Virus record (IMG/VR): IMGVR_UViG_3300043959_000228
Reading direction: 5' to 3' (one strand)
DNA from: a virus
Lineage: Duplodnaviria; Caudoviricetes
DNA: 64,000 nt
Positions 31,446 through 41,965 of this stretch are shown piece after piece. The position numbers and the translations under genes are program-made. The notes below the pieces were generated by a model that did no database searches, was not told the origin of the DNA, and worked only from the letters and a program-made list of their open reading frames with translations. The first letter of the stretch is position 1. Each line of letters starts with the position of its first letter.

Positions 31446-33680
31446 TTAGAGTGACACGACCTTATCAGCTATAGACTTAATGATCTCGTTATGAGCGACA
31501 ATGATGATTTGGCTATCGGTGGAAAGACTTTGCATGGCCTCAAGAATCTCTGATGCACGATCCTCATCCATAGCCGTAAGAATCTCATCGAGGACGAGCA
31601 ATGATGGTGATCCATTCGATAGCATGACACTAATGGCCAGTCGTAAACAAATAGCAACTAAACTCATTTCTCCTCCGCTTAGCTGTCCGGAGTTTTCAAC
31701 TAGCCCATGTTCGTCCTCTACATTAATCATGAACTTATGATCAATGGTCACGGAAACGAACTTACCGTCAGTTATTGTTGAGAGAAGATCAGATGCATAA
31801 TCAGTGATTTGAGGTATTGCCGACAGAATCATATGGGAACGGAATGTTCCCAGAACTTCTACGGAGCCAGAACTGATTTCTAACTTCGACAATAAATCAT
31901 GCTTAGCTTCTCGTTGTTGCGTGATCATCGTGATGATCTTCTTATCAGACGCTATCTGGTTGGATAGAATCTTCTCAGAGCTTTGCGTCTCCGCTATTGA
32001 CACGTGAAGATCGTCTCGTTGAGATCTCTTCGCGTCTAATTCTGATCGCAGTTTCTCCAACTTCTTCTCACTGAAATTAGATGAAGCGGCCTTCAAATCT
32101 TTACGAGCTGATGATAATGATACATCAACAGTCGTTGACCTTTCCATCGTCTTAGCCAAATCATCTCGAACACGCTCGTATTCACGGAGTTTCACAGCGT
32201 CAGCGTCAAATCGATTCATCGTTTTTCGTAATGCTTCTATCTTCGCATCAAGACCATCAAGATCTGCTTGAACAGTAATTCGCTCATTCATGGCCTCATT
32301 GGCCGATGCGATCTTATCAGCATTCCTGTTTTGATTGTCTAATAATCGTTGCATCGTGTCAGATTGCTGCTGATACGATGATATGACTTCCTCACAATGC
32401 TTGACCAATGGATTAGCTTGTTTACTGTCTTGCTTAGCAGTGTCGAATCTTGATTGTAACTCTTTACGAACATGATCCTGGTCGTGAATAGGTTGGAGAC
32501 AGGTTGGACATTCCTGGATACCATGATTGTCAAACGTTCTCAGGGAATCCTCGATTTGACTCATCGATGCTTGGTCAAGAGCTATTCTCTGACGTAACTT
32601 ATCAAGATCTAATACGGCTGAATCGCGATCAATCGCATCAATAGCCAATTGCGTATCATGGATATTCTTATTAAGAATGTCCTGTTCATCAGATGACGGC
32701 CTCATAGCAATCACCGTATCTAAACGAGCGATCTTCATCCGTAACGAGTCCTGTTGCTTCGATTGCTTTGATAACTGCTTTTTCATACTAGCAATATCCT
32801 CAGACGAAGCTATTTGACGGGGTAATCTCTGCTTCAAGTCTGATCGTCTAGCAGTCAATTCTTTCATTCGGTCCTGCAGAATTGAGGACTCGGCTTCTAA
32901 TGTTTTGATCTTTGAGGATAATTCTCTTGTTGATTTCTCCGTGGATTCTAACTGCTTGACCTCATGTTTGAGTGACCTTCCCTCAGCGTCAAGTTTTTGT
33001 TGCTTATCGCGTAAGATTGCTAGTGATTTCGATGTATCCTGGAGTTTTTTCGTATTCTCCGTTAATTGCTTCTGCGTGTCCTCTAATTGATCGTCGTCAA
33101 CGCCATATACCTCAGCGGCCTTCGCGTATGATTTAGCTTCATCCTTAGCGCGCGCCCACGCTCTACTGACAGCCTCTATACCGGTCAATCTCTCCAACAG
33201 TCTTCTACGCTCAGCCTGTCCCGCCGACACTAACTCATCAACATGTTTCTGCTGAACAAGAATCGTTGATAGGAAACTATTCTCATCCAGTCCAATAGTC
33301 TGAACAATCCACTTCTCAGCATGAGTGACCGCTGGCCCAGCGACTAATTCATCACCTACGAAGCACTCACATTGCTGTCCACCATTCTTTGCATTCACAA
33401 TTGAACGTTTAATGGTGATAACCTGATCATTGACCTCTAATTCCACGGACACGAATGATGGATCGTCCTCAGGAGCCTGCATCCTCCTCCATGATGAATT
33501 CTTCATGTTCGTATTAGGCTTAGTGCCATATAACGCCCAAGCCACACCATCAATAATAGACGATTTTCCCTGACCATTCTTGCCTACAATAGCCGTGACA
33601 CCAGTCTCTGCTGGCTCGAAAAGATAATCCTCATGAATACGGAAATTCCGTAGATGGACATGATGTAACTTAATCTTCAT
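31446..33680 (-). CDS. sbcC: SbcC/Rad50 SMC-like ATPase
   Basis: LRNFRIH, Walker A GKNGQGKSS, coiled coil with CPTC zinc hook, LSGGE signature, LVLDE, IVAH. Confidence 0.9.
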   Translation of the reverse strand: MKIKLHHVHLRNFRIHEDYLFEPAETGVTAIVGKNGQGKSSIIDGVAWALYGTKPNTNMKNSSWRRMQAPEDDPSFVSVELEVNDQVITIKRSIVNAKNGGQQCECFVGDELVAGPAVTHAEKWIVQTIGLDENSFLSTILVQQKHVDELVSAGQAERRRLLERLTGIEAVSRAWARAKDEAKSYAKAAEVYGVDDDQLEDTQKQLTENTKKLQDTSKSLAILRDKQQKLDAEGRSLKHEVKQLESTEKSTRELSSKIKTLEAESSILQDRMKELTARRSDLKQRLPRQIASSEDIASMKKQLSKQSKQQDSLRMKIARLDTVIAMRPSSDEQDILNKNIHDTQLAIDAIDRDSAVLDLDKLRQRIALDQASMSQIEDSLRTFDNHGIQECPTCLQPIHDQDHVRKELQSRFDTAKQDSKQANPLVKHCEEVISSYQQQSDTMQRLLDNQNRNADKIASANEAMNERITVQADLDGLDAKIEALRKTMNRFDADAVKLREYERVRDDLAKTMERSTTVDVSLSSARKDLKAASSNFSEKKLEKLRSELDAKRSQRDDLHVSIAETQSSEKILSNQIASDKKIITMITQQREAKHDLLSKLEISSGSVEVLGTFRSHMILSAIPQITDYASDLLSTITDGKFVSVTIDHKFMINVEDEHGLVENSGQLSGGEMSLVAICLRLAISVMLSNGSPSLLVLDEILTAMDEDRASEILEAMQSLSTDSQIIIVAHNEIIKSIADKVVSL

Positions 33681-34922
33681 TTATGCATCCTTCAACGTTA
33701 ATCGTAACTGGCTACTGTGAACACCTTGAAAGATGAGAGATGTTTTCATAACCATATCGTACATAATCGTCGACTTATTATGTTTCACACCATCAGCCAG
33801 ATAGTATTCATCTAATGAGTAGCCATTATGAGCGCCATGGATGGCCGCGTCGTCACGAGCTAATTCAATCAATAACCATAGAAGATCGTTTCTCCTCAAT
33901 GACCGTACGCCCTTACGAATATACGGTCTCAACTTCTTCACATCCCATCCTCCTAAACCATTAACGGGATCAGGGCGGCTTTTTGTGTACTGAGGCGCAC
34001 CATATCCTAGAGCGTGAGCAGCGTCATCCTCATGACAACCTAATTGCTCAAGAATAATCATCATGGCGGCCAGGCGAACAGATTTGACGAACCAGTATGA
34101 GTAGATCATAGGATGAGTCTTACCGACAATCACCCTCTGGAGCAATTGAACTGCTTCAGACGTTCGACTGGCAATAGCCAATTCGTCAAGACCTGGTCGT
34201 TTATTTGCCCCATTGAAGATTGCCCATGGCATGATTTGTCCTGGCGTATTCGGCATTCTGATCATAACGTCCTCAAAGGACATGGCTTTCTGCTCTGAAA
34301 CGGAAAGACTCTGTAATGACTTAATGACCGGCAACAACATCTCATAATTTGATCCCACAAAATTCTCAAGATCTGCTTTCACCGAACGCGACAATGAGCA
34401 ATCCTCGATGATACTACTCACCTCTCCATCAGCGTTTTTCTTTGGCTCATCAAAACCCTCGCCATACCTGGTCATGATTTCTGACAATTTCTTGACAGCA
34501 GGAATGTTGCCAGTAGCGAGAATAGCAATAAACAGGCCGCTAGCAATAATGCGCCGCATATTCTTCATGATGGCCTGTTCAAGATCTTCATCTGATAGTC
34601 CGCGTGCGCCATCAGTGATAAGATCATATAATGCATCAACCGAGGTTTTATCCCTGATAATCATAAATGAACCGATACTGCCGAACATCGTTGGCTGCGC
34701 GGCATTATTTAAGATGAAGGCTCTGCACGTTTTCTTATCTGCCTCAAGAATAGCCTTCATTTGTTTTGGCGTACGCTTCGAATTCTGATGCTGAGTAGAT
34801 GATACGTCTAATCGTCTGATTGATTCGTATGGTATGTGAATACTCTGAAACCAGTCTGACGATGTTTGAATCGCGTAGACCTCTGAATCATATCTTCCGC
34901 CCTTAAGATGCAACTTCTTCAT
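33681..34922 (-). CDS. Hypothetical protein, possibly DNA polymerase III delta (HolA)-like
   Basis: Leaderless start 7 nt after TACAAT; QPTMFG resembles the HolA clamp-binding sLFg motif; abuts sbcC. Confidence 0.4.
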   Translation of the reverse strand: MKKLHLKGGRYDSEVYAIQTSSDWFQSIHIPYESIRRLDVSSTQHQNSKRTPKQMKAILEADKKTCRAFILNNAAQPTMFGSIGSFMIIRDKTSVDALYDLITDGARGLSDEDLEQAIMKNMRRIIASGLFIAILATGNIPAVKKLSEIMTRYGEGFDEPKKNADGEVSSIIEDCSLSRSVKADLENFVGSNYEMLLPVIKSLQSLSVSEQKAMSFEDVMIRMPNTPGQIMPWAIFNGANKRPGLDELAIASRTSEAVQLLQRVIVGKTHPMIYSYWFVKSVRLAAMMIILEQLGCHEDDAAHALGYGAPQYTKSRPDPVNGLGGWDVKKLRPYIRKGVRSLRRNDLLWLLIELARDDAAIHGAHNGYSLDEYYLADGVKHNKSTIMYDMVMKTSLIFQGVHSSQLRLTLKDA

Positions 34923-34996
34923 ACAAACCATTGTACCGTTACGTTGATAAGACGTCCATTTCGCATACACTATTATGATTATGATTTGAGTATGAA

Positions 34997-35023
34997 GATG
35001 GCCCAGCTTTTTGCTGGGCCATC
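34997..35023. terminator. Perfect 11-bp hairpin (terminator-like)
   Basis: GATGGCCCAGC-TTTTT-GCTGGGCCATC. Confidence 0.7.
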
Positions 35024-35173
35024 AGATCGGAGACAGTCATTATGGCAAGGAAATCATATAATCTACAGGGTCTTCAACCGAGGATCACCTGGATCAATTG
35101 TACTCTATCAGGAGTCGATTCCATCATTATTCCATTATGATTGCTTCACGATATAAAGATATCAGTAGATCAT

Positions 35174-36202
35174 TTAATCGCCATAAGGGCTAGCATTAAC
35201 TGTATTCGCGTATTCCTCAATCGACCACTTCCATAATTCTAATGACCGATCATAAACCGTATTAATCCAATTTGTGATGGCGTCTTTTGATGCCACATCC
35301 TCTGAGGTCAATGGCGTCAGTAACGTAGCAACCTGCTTAATGATTAATCGTACTTCACGATACGATCCAATACTCCTATCCGGTTCATCAAGACGACCAT
35401 TGTACACAGCTAACTGCAAATCGTCAGCTAATTGTGTCAAATGAGCAGCGAGAATTCGAACTCGCTTACCAAGATCAAGTCCCTGAATATCATGCTCGAC
35501 AGCATACTTCTTGACCCAGAAATAGAAATCTAATGAGGCGTCAACTGCATAGGATCCAGGATTGACCTCTCCGCTAGGATTGATAGCATTCCATGGCTGG
35601 ACCTCGAAGAATCCATTAGCGTGAGTCTGAGGTGTCGGTGATGTAGCCGCCTTCGGCTCCTCACTCTTATTCAGACGGGCAGAGGTTGAATAATTGCCAC
35701 CACTATTAGGATCCTCAGCAGGATCAGTCTGATCCTGCGTGTATAACATCTGCTCACCCGGCCTAGCCAAACCGGTCAATAACTTCTTCGTGTTCTCATT
35801 GACCATGGACATGTTCTTGTTCTTGCCGTTCTCATCCGCGCCCATCAGCTCATAAATCGGTGTTTCCGGATCAATTGGCTTATTATCGCTCTTGCTCTTT
35901 GGACGGCGCTGATGCTCAATTCTGAACTCAGCGGGCTCTCCTGATTCTAATAATGACTGAGCCAATGTGAACATAGGATTGGGTACAGTCCCATCCTTGT
36001 CAGAGTACTTATTCAACCAGCCACTTAGATTGCCTTTCTTCAACACGGGAACTGAGATCTGAACTTGCGCAGACTTCTTATTATCGTTCGTAATGGCCAC
36101 AATCGTGCCACAACCCTTAGAAACCAGCACTTCTGATCTATAACCATTACCATTAGGCCCCGCTAACGCCACGAAAGGCCTTACTGAATACAACTCTGCC
36201 AT
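35174..36202 (-). CDS. Hypothetical protein
   Basis: 342-aa ORF with AAGGAG SD and upstream TGGTAATAAT. Confidence 0.75.
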   Translation of the reverse strand: MAELYSVRPFVALAGPNGNGYRSEVLVSKGCGTIVAITNDNKKSAQVQISVPVLKKGNLSGWLNKYSDKDGTVPNPMFTLAQSLLESGEPAEFRIEHQRRPKSKSDNKPIDPETPIYELMGADENGKNKNMSMVNENTKKLLTGLARPGEQMLYTQDQTDPAEDPNSGGNYSTSARLNKSEEPKAATSPTPQTHANGFFEVQPWNAINPSGEVNPGSYAVDASLDFYFWVKKYAVEHDIQGLDLGKRVRILAAHLTQLADDLQLAVYNGRLDEPDRSIGSYREVRLIIKQVATLLTPLTSEDVASKDAITNWINTVYDRSLELWKWSIEEYANTVNASPYGD

Positions 36203-36312
36203 ATTAAACTCCTTAACTTATGATCTAATCGTCCCATATCGAAACGTTAATAAACATTATACCAATAAAACCTATAAGATGCATGATAATCATCACATAT
36301 TGATGATCAATA

Positions 36313-38043
36313 TCAACCTGAGACGTCAATAATCTGAGCATCCTCATGCAACCATAATGGAAGACGATCAAGGTAATATGCATCAGTAATCATAACAATG
36401 ACCTTCACTCCCTTAGGCCAAGCATCAGCGCACCTCTTCCAACTCTTATCACTGAGACCACCATCAGTCGCTAAGATGAACACATCTGGTCTTTCCATTC
36501 TATTCAACGAGCTCACATACTCAAAAGCCGGACCCATATCAGTGCCCCCACCACCCTGAATATTCAGATCATCGACATTATTCACAATGTCAGTGGGCTT
36601 GATTTGAGTGTCCACACAGAACACCTTAAACGTATTCTTCACGCCTCTAGTAACGGCCTTTAATACCTCCTCAGCATTCCTAGCAATTGTAGCCACCTGT
36701 CGATCATCATGCGATACAGAATACGAGGTGTCAATAGCCATCATAACCTTCGGCTGATAACCTATTACACTGGGAAACACGCCATCACGCATGAAGGCAG
36801 ATCCCCTACGATTCACTCGCTTAAACGAGTACTCAGTCTTCCTGTAGGCCTGTTTACTCACAAGATCTTGAGTTATCGCCATTAAATTCCTACGCCAGTC
36901 CATTACTGGTGGCTCAGCAGCCTTAGACAAGTCAATGGCGAACTTCTTATCCATCACACCGAGACCAGGCATCCTGCCGCTAATTGAAGCGATTCGATTA
37001 GCCTCCTCAATCATTTTCGATGTTGCCGACACCTTCTGATCGTTTCTTGATTTTGGTATTCCAGCATCGTCTGCTTCTGCTTGAATGTCTGCTTCAGACG
37101 CATTAGCGCAAATATCAGTATTCCGTTGCTGCTCGTCATGAGCTTCAGACGACTGTTGACTTTCATCATCCTGACTTTGATCCCATGACAACGATCCATC
37201 CTCATTCTCAGTTGGCGATGAGGACGAGGAACGCTGATTAGCATCATCGTCTTCACCCTTATCCCGATGATCTTTTGTGCTAGATGATTGCTGATCATTA
37301 TTAGGGTCATGCTGATCATTAGCGTCAGATGACGTTGATGATTGCTGATTCTCATCGGATGCAGTATCTTGTTCATCAGATGAGTCCTTTGACGATGAAG
37401 GACTCATCTGGGATGATTTCTTGTCGTCGTCTGTCTTCTCATTCGTGTCTTTAGATGATTGCTGATCATTATTAGATGAAGACGCATCTGAGTCTGACGC
37501 AGGATTCGATGCTGCTGACTGACCTGCAGATGGATCTGCTGACTGGCCCTGTCCATGAGGTGCTAACATCTGGTAGTATTGTTCCATACTCTTTCCAGGA
37601 GGCACGTCATAAACGTCTAGACCATTAGCTTCTGCACCGCTAATTTTAGGTATTGGTGATCCATTCGGTAATCTCACTCGGCTGAGCGTGATGACCATCT
37701 GATTGATCTCCAGATCCTGTGCTAAACGGGATATCGATGTATCTGATTGTCCAGCTCTAGTTGATCTACTAGAATAATTGCACACCGCATGTAAACATAT
37801 GTGTACAATGATAGCCTCTCGCTCAGCCTGCGTATAGGTAAAGAAACGATCTCCTAACGCGGCCCTCCAGTCCTTGTCAACACCAGCTACATCAACAATT
37901 TTTGATTTATACGGTTTTAGAAGCATCATTGTCGATCGTAGCATGGTTGAAGCTAATGCGGCGCCACCAATAGACGCGTCCCATATCTGCTTCTCACGCT
38001 CATCCAACGAGTAATCTTTATTTCTCCGTCTCCGTAAAGCCAT
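36313..38043 (-). CDS. DUF2201-type metallopeptidase-like plus VWA domain protein
   Basis: HICLH (degenerate HExxH), AQDLEIN, acidic/Gln linker, MIDAS AIDTSYS, GGGGTDMG, ILATDG. Confidence 0.85.
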   Translation of the reverse strand: MALRRRRNKDYSLDEREKQIWDASIGGAALASTMLRSTMMLLKPYKSKIVDVAGVDKDWRAALGDRFFTYTQAEREAIIVHICLHAVCNYSSRSTRAGQSDTSISRLAQDLEINQMVITLSRVRLPNGSPIPKISGAEANGLDVYDVPPGKSMEQYYQMLAPHGQGQSADPSAGQSAASNPASDSDASSSNNDQQSSKDTNEKTDDDKKSSQMSPSSSKDSSDEQDTASDENQQSSTSSDANDQHDPNNDQQSSSTKDHRDKGEDDDANQRSSSSSPTENEDGSLSWDQSQDDESQQSSEAHDEQQRNTDICANASEADIQAEADDAGIPKSRNDQKVSATSKMIEEANRIASISGRMPGLGVMDKKFAIDLSKAAEPPVMDWRRNLMAITQDLVSKQAYRKTEYSFKRVNRRGSAFMRDGVFPSVIGYQPKVMMAIDTSYSVSHDDRQVATIARNAEEVLKAVTRGVKNTFKVFCVDTQIKPTDIVNNVDDLNIQGGGGTDMGPAFEYVSSLNRMERPDVFILATDGGLSDKSWKRCADAWPKGVKVIVMITDAYYLDRLPLWLHEDAQIIDVSG

Positions 38044-39311
38044 TACAGAACGTCCTTCATCTGAACGTCAGTCCTCTGATTATCATTCCAACCACTCATC
38101 AACTCGCCAATATTGCTACTAGACACCATATTATCTAATTTTCTGATCTTTTCTTTACCGTCAGGAACTGACCGCATAACTTGAACCGCTTTCGCGTGCT
38201 GCATAGTGTAAATACTTCCATTGCCACTATGAATCATAGCCTCAGTAAGCGGGAAGAGCCTATTGACGACGGACGGATTGTTACTTTCACGGGCATAAAT
38301 AAGGCAATTCTCAAATAATGATCCTATCTTATCGAAATCTAATGCTCTAAATGATATGGACGTAGGATTCCTCAGGGCTTCTTCTGGTGTAGGAACAGTA
38401 CTCTGGCTAGAATCCATAAACTCCATGAAACTCTTAGTGGCCTCATATCCCACAAGACCGTTAGCTGATCGTTGTAAAAGCTCTGGCGAGTATCCTTTCT
38501 TATCAGGATAGCGACAGTAAGGTAACTCAGCGGCGAGATTCGTCCATGAACGATTAGACGGAAAGGCCTTCTTAAAAATGTCCTTAGCGGCAGGAGATCC
38601 ATTCAGTCTGTAGACAACATCTGGATCAGCTTTTGGATCCTTCTCTGGAAGTTTATAGACGAGCTTACGATGTTTCTTCAAGAATGCAACGATCTTTCCA
38701 CGCCACCACAATTCATCGTTTGATATGTTCTCAGGATGCCCCCAATTGCTCAGCATACCCTTACTCCAAGACTCAAACGATGGCTCCCATGGCAAGAATT
38801 TCAAACGATTAGACACAGGAAGACCTAATTCGTATCCATCAGTAGCCGTTCCTACGGGATTCATAGCGCCAATGATGATGGTGTCCTTAGGTAACTTCAT
38901 ACCATCAGGAAACTCTCGCTCGTTAAGAATCTGCAACATAGCAGCCTGCACAGCAGGAGTAGAGTTAGAGAACTCATCAAGGAATAGTAACACCTTTTTC
39001 TTGACGAGGATGGTATACTCCCATACTGGAATAGCATACTGTGTGACTGAGATCTTCTGACCATTCGATAACAATTTGTCAACAAGTCGTGGGAATCCGG
39101 TCACATCCTGAGGCTCTTTCTGAGACCCAATAATCGTTATCATGTCCATATGTAAAATCTCATGAGCAAGAGTAGACACTAATGCCGATTTTCCAAGACC
39201 AGGATCACCAACAATCATCTGACTATTATGAGCCTTAATACCAGCCATGAGTGAATAAATGGTATTAGCCGTATACTCATCGTTTAGAAAGCTGTTCTTC
39301 GTATTCTCCAT
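38043..39311 (-). CDS. MoxR/AAA_5-family ATPase
   Basis: GDPGLGKS, DVTGFP, LFLDEFS, VQAAMLQ, GAMNP, NRL, PSNRSW; coupled to the VWA gene. Confidence 0.88.
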   Translation of the reverse strand: MENTKNSFLNDEYTANTIYSLMAGIKAHNSQMIVGDPGLGKSALVSTLAHEILHMDMITIIGSQKEPQDVTGFPRLVDKLLSNGQKISVTQYAIPVWEYTILVKKKVLLFLDEFSNSTPAVQAAMLQILNEREFPDGMKLPKDTIIIGAMNPVGTATDGYELGLPVSNRLKFLPWEPSFESWSKGMLSNWGHPENISNDELWWRGKIVAFLKKHRKLVYKLPEKDPKADPDVVYRLNGSPAAKDIFKKAFPSNRSWTNLAAELPYCRYPDKKGYSPELLQRSANGLVGYEATKSFMEFMDSSQSTVPTPEEALRNPTSISFRALDFDKIGSLFENCLIYARESNNPSVVNRLFPLTEAMIHSGNGSIYTMQHAKAVQVMRSVPDGKEKIRKLDNMVSSSNIGELMSGWNDNQRTDVQMKDVL

Positions 39312-39370
39312 GATAATAAGATATGTACGAATAACGGTTTAAGATTACCGTTCTCGCATATCTACATTAC

Positions 39371-39865
39371 ATGCCAATCGAGAATAAGTCTCAAGATGAA
39401 GACCTCATGCAATCATCCATATCATCGGCTATCAACGCTATAGATCGTGACCCGTCTCCGGAGCCCAATCACGACGTCAGAGAAGACCTTCTCAACCATC
39501 TTGACACGACTATGCCAGATGAGCCAATAACTCCAGTACAGGATGATCGTCGACCATCGTCAGAGCTAGACGCCATCAAAGCCGATGACGATCTTATGGC
39601 TATGATTGAATCCATGACTAAAGACGAATCAGCCATCACACAGGACACGATAGCTAAGGCCGGATTACAGGATAATCGATCTAATTACAGTACAAGTATG
39701 CTAGCCTTCATCTTCGGCAACATGATCATAGGATTACTCATCGTCATTATCGCAGCATTTACCTCAAATCAATATCCAATACCGTTCCTAGGAGTATGGA
39801 ATCTCATTATTGGCGTCTTCCTAGCTGGCTATGGATCACTTTTCTTGCTGAATTGGAAGCGATAA
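39371..39865 (+). CDS. Hypothetical protein with two C-terminal TMs
   Basis: ATATCT-N7-ATG start; acidic N-half, hydrophobic C-terminus. Confidence 0.7.
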   Translation: MPIENKSQDEDLMQSSISSAINAIDRDPSPEPNHDVREDLLNHLDTTMPDEPITPVQDDRRPSSELDAIKADDDLMAMIESMTKDESAITQDTIAKAGLQDNRSNYSTSMLAFIFGNMIIGLLIVIIAAFTSNQYPIPFLGVWNLIIGVFLAGYGSLFLLNWKR

Positions 39866-39908
39866 CACAATCACGTACGAACTTAAAGTTTTTGTGTCAT
39901 AGATTCAC

Positions 39909-39993
39909 TTCTAACCCGCTTCTCTCGGACGCAGCCAAGAGGATCAATAATTACTCGGATACAGGTTATTCGTCCGATAGACCGGTGGTTCTG
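39909..39993 (-). repeat. Repeat family A, copy 4 (inverted, more diverged)
   Basis: Reverse complement reads CAGAACCACCGGTCTATCGGACG...GTATCCGAGTAATTATT...GCGTCCGAGAGAAGCGGGTTAGAA. Confidence 0.8.
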
Positions 39994-40279
39994 AACCTCT
40001 CAACACGATCTCATCGTCATACCTCAATGAATATGGCACGAATCACGTGAGAACCGCTGCACGACAATCATGTCATAGGACATTGGATCTATGTGGTCAT
40101 CATAAGCGTCATGTTCGGACGTGCAAGATCAATTTTAGGGAACCGCGGCGCTGCAACGATAGAGCGTGTGCATGAGGAAGCATATCCTAGGAATACGCTC
40201 TGCAGGAGTAAACCATTTATTGCTATCATACATCAACCATGATACAATGATCACTACACTTTCTCAGAGAGGATCAATT

Positions 40280-40990
40280 ATGCCAACAGGAGTCAACTAT
40301 CGACTTATCGAGGGTCTCGAATCAACACTGACCTTCGCTAAAAATCTTGAACGACAATTCGGTGTCTACGCTGATCTGAGAGACGTTTCCCTAAGTGAGC
40401 CTGTACCAGAAGACTTCTTCACTAAGAATCCATATGCTGCACAACTTGATCAGTTACAGAAGGTGTATGACCTCCATAAGAACATGACCGATGATCAATG
40501 GATTGAGTTAGCTCGTAATCAGGAACAGGATCAACTCCGTAAAAGTAATCAATCATTGCAGGAAGAACTTGATAAAATCGAGGATATTCATACACGATTA
40601 CCGAAACTTCGTATTCAGATGCAAAAAGTTAAAAGCTGGGATGCCGGAACTGAATACATACATTATCGTTCGTTACTTCTTAGACAATTATCTGAGGCTA
40701 TTGATGAACTGCAGGAGCAATCAGAGACATTGCGTATAGACCAACTAGAAGATGATGACGAGAGTTTTCATAAGCTGGTTGAGACGTATCATAAGGAATT
40801 GCAGAAAACGAAGATTATCCCCATTGATCCTGTACAATTGCGGACATCAACTCTCAAGAACGATGCCTCGAACATTAAGACATCTCAAGCTCTCTTCGAT
40901 AGTACGAATCAGGAACATCAGAAATCGAAGGAATGGGTTGATCGTCTTAATAACCAATTGGACGATCTTCTAGGAGAAGAGGACGCATAA
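40280..40990 (+). CDS. Coiled-coil hypothetical protein (MPTG-start phage-like family)
   Basis: Start reassigned to ATG 40280 after GAGGA; heptad-rich. Confidence 0.65.
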   Translation: MPTGVNYRLIEGLESTLTFAKNLERQFGVYADLRDVSLSEPVPEDFFTKNPYAAQLDQLQKVYDLHKNMTDDQWIELARNQEQDQLRKSNQSLQEELDKIEDIHTRLPKLRIQMQKVKSWDAGTEYIHYRSLLLRQLSEAIDELQEQSETLRIDQLEDDDESFHKLVETYHKELQKTKIIPIDPVQLRTSTLKNDASNIKTSQALFDSTNQEHQKSKEWVDRLNNQLDDLLGEEDA

Positions 40991-41850
40991 TGGCTGTACT
41001 AAAATATGCATCTATCGACGATTTGAATACAACAATTTCTGATCATATGAGTGCATATAGTAAGGATGTGTATCTATCCTCCCAACTATCAGCTAGCCTT
41101 AACGATTTAGATGCATCATATCATCGTATCCGATCATCATTGCAGGATCAACTGGATTCGACACAGGCTTCACTGCAAGTTAGACAACAAGCTGAGCAGT
41201 CGGTTTGGTCTGACATACCTAGTCACGCTTATCATATTAACGGATACCAATACATAGAGCGTAAGGATTATATGACAAGGACCTATTTGCAATCCTTACG
41301 ATCGTATATTCTATCCTCATTAGCTGGTGAGCAGAAATGGTATGGATCAATACGAGATTCAGATCTTGTCATTACTGATAACGCCTATGGAGGCCAACCT
41401 CGTGATTGGAGTATAGATTATTGCGAAAAGGGTATGGGCATTAAGTATCATCCCACACAATTTTCCATAGCTGTTAACGGTAAGTTGTCAGATGACGCTC
41501 TGAATGGGCTGGTTCGTCTTATTGATCAGACATTACAGGGTGATCTGTACACGAGTAAAGAACTCACGCTTATCGGCCCATCGAATCAACACCAATTCGA
41601 CTCGATAACGACGTACGGCATCCGATGCTCATCACGAAGAGTCCTGGTTGCGACCGTATCATCGTTATTTTCTGGATTATTGACCATGGGTGGTGTTCAG
41701 AATATCAACGATGAGAGTCTTAGTGCGGCGAGATACATAAAGATGATCGCTGGCGATCATGGTCGAGAATATGTCATCATGGATGAAGATCATCATGCTG
41801 TCAATGTGCATACGTCAGCTAAGTCCTTCGCCTTTGACCTAATGCGGTGA
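40990..41850 (+). CDS. Hypothetical protein
   Basis: 286-aa ORF coupled by TAATG overlap. Confidence 0.65.
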   Translation: MAVLKYASIDDLNTTISDHMSAYSKDVYLSSQLSASLNDLDASYHRIRSSLQDQLDSTQASLQVRQQAEQSVWSDIPSHAYHINGYQYIERKDYMTRTYLQSLRSYILSSLAGEQKWYGSIRDSDLVITDNAYGGQPRDWSIDYCEKGMGIKYHPTQFSIAVNGKLSDDALNGLVRLIDQTLQGDLYTSKELTLIGPSNQHQFDSITTYGIRCSSRRVLVATVSSLFSGLLTMGGVQNINDESLSAARYIKMIAGDHGREYVIMDEDHHAVNVHTSAKSFAFDLMR

Positions 41851-41878
41851 CGATGGTCAATTCCTATCCCATCAGATG

Positions 41879-41965
41879 AACAGAACCGCCGGTTTAACGG
41901 ATGCAGACCAGTTACTGGTGTAATTATGGGTCTGCGCGGTTGCGTCCGAGGATGGCGGCTTAGAA
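41879..41965 (+). repeat. Repeat family A, copy 2
   Basis: AACAGAACCGCCGGTTTAACGGATGCAG...GTAATTATGGGTCTGC...TGCGTCCGAGGATGGCGGCTTAGAA. Confidence 0.9.

Noticed and set aside
35040-35115. Hammerhead ribozyme in the candidate sRNA (CTGATAGAG on the minus strand)
   Set aside because: The core is not CUGANGA and there is no correctly placed GAAA.
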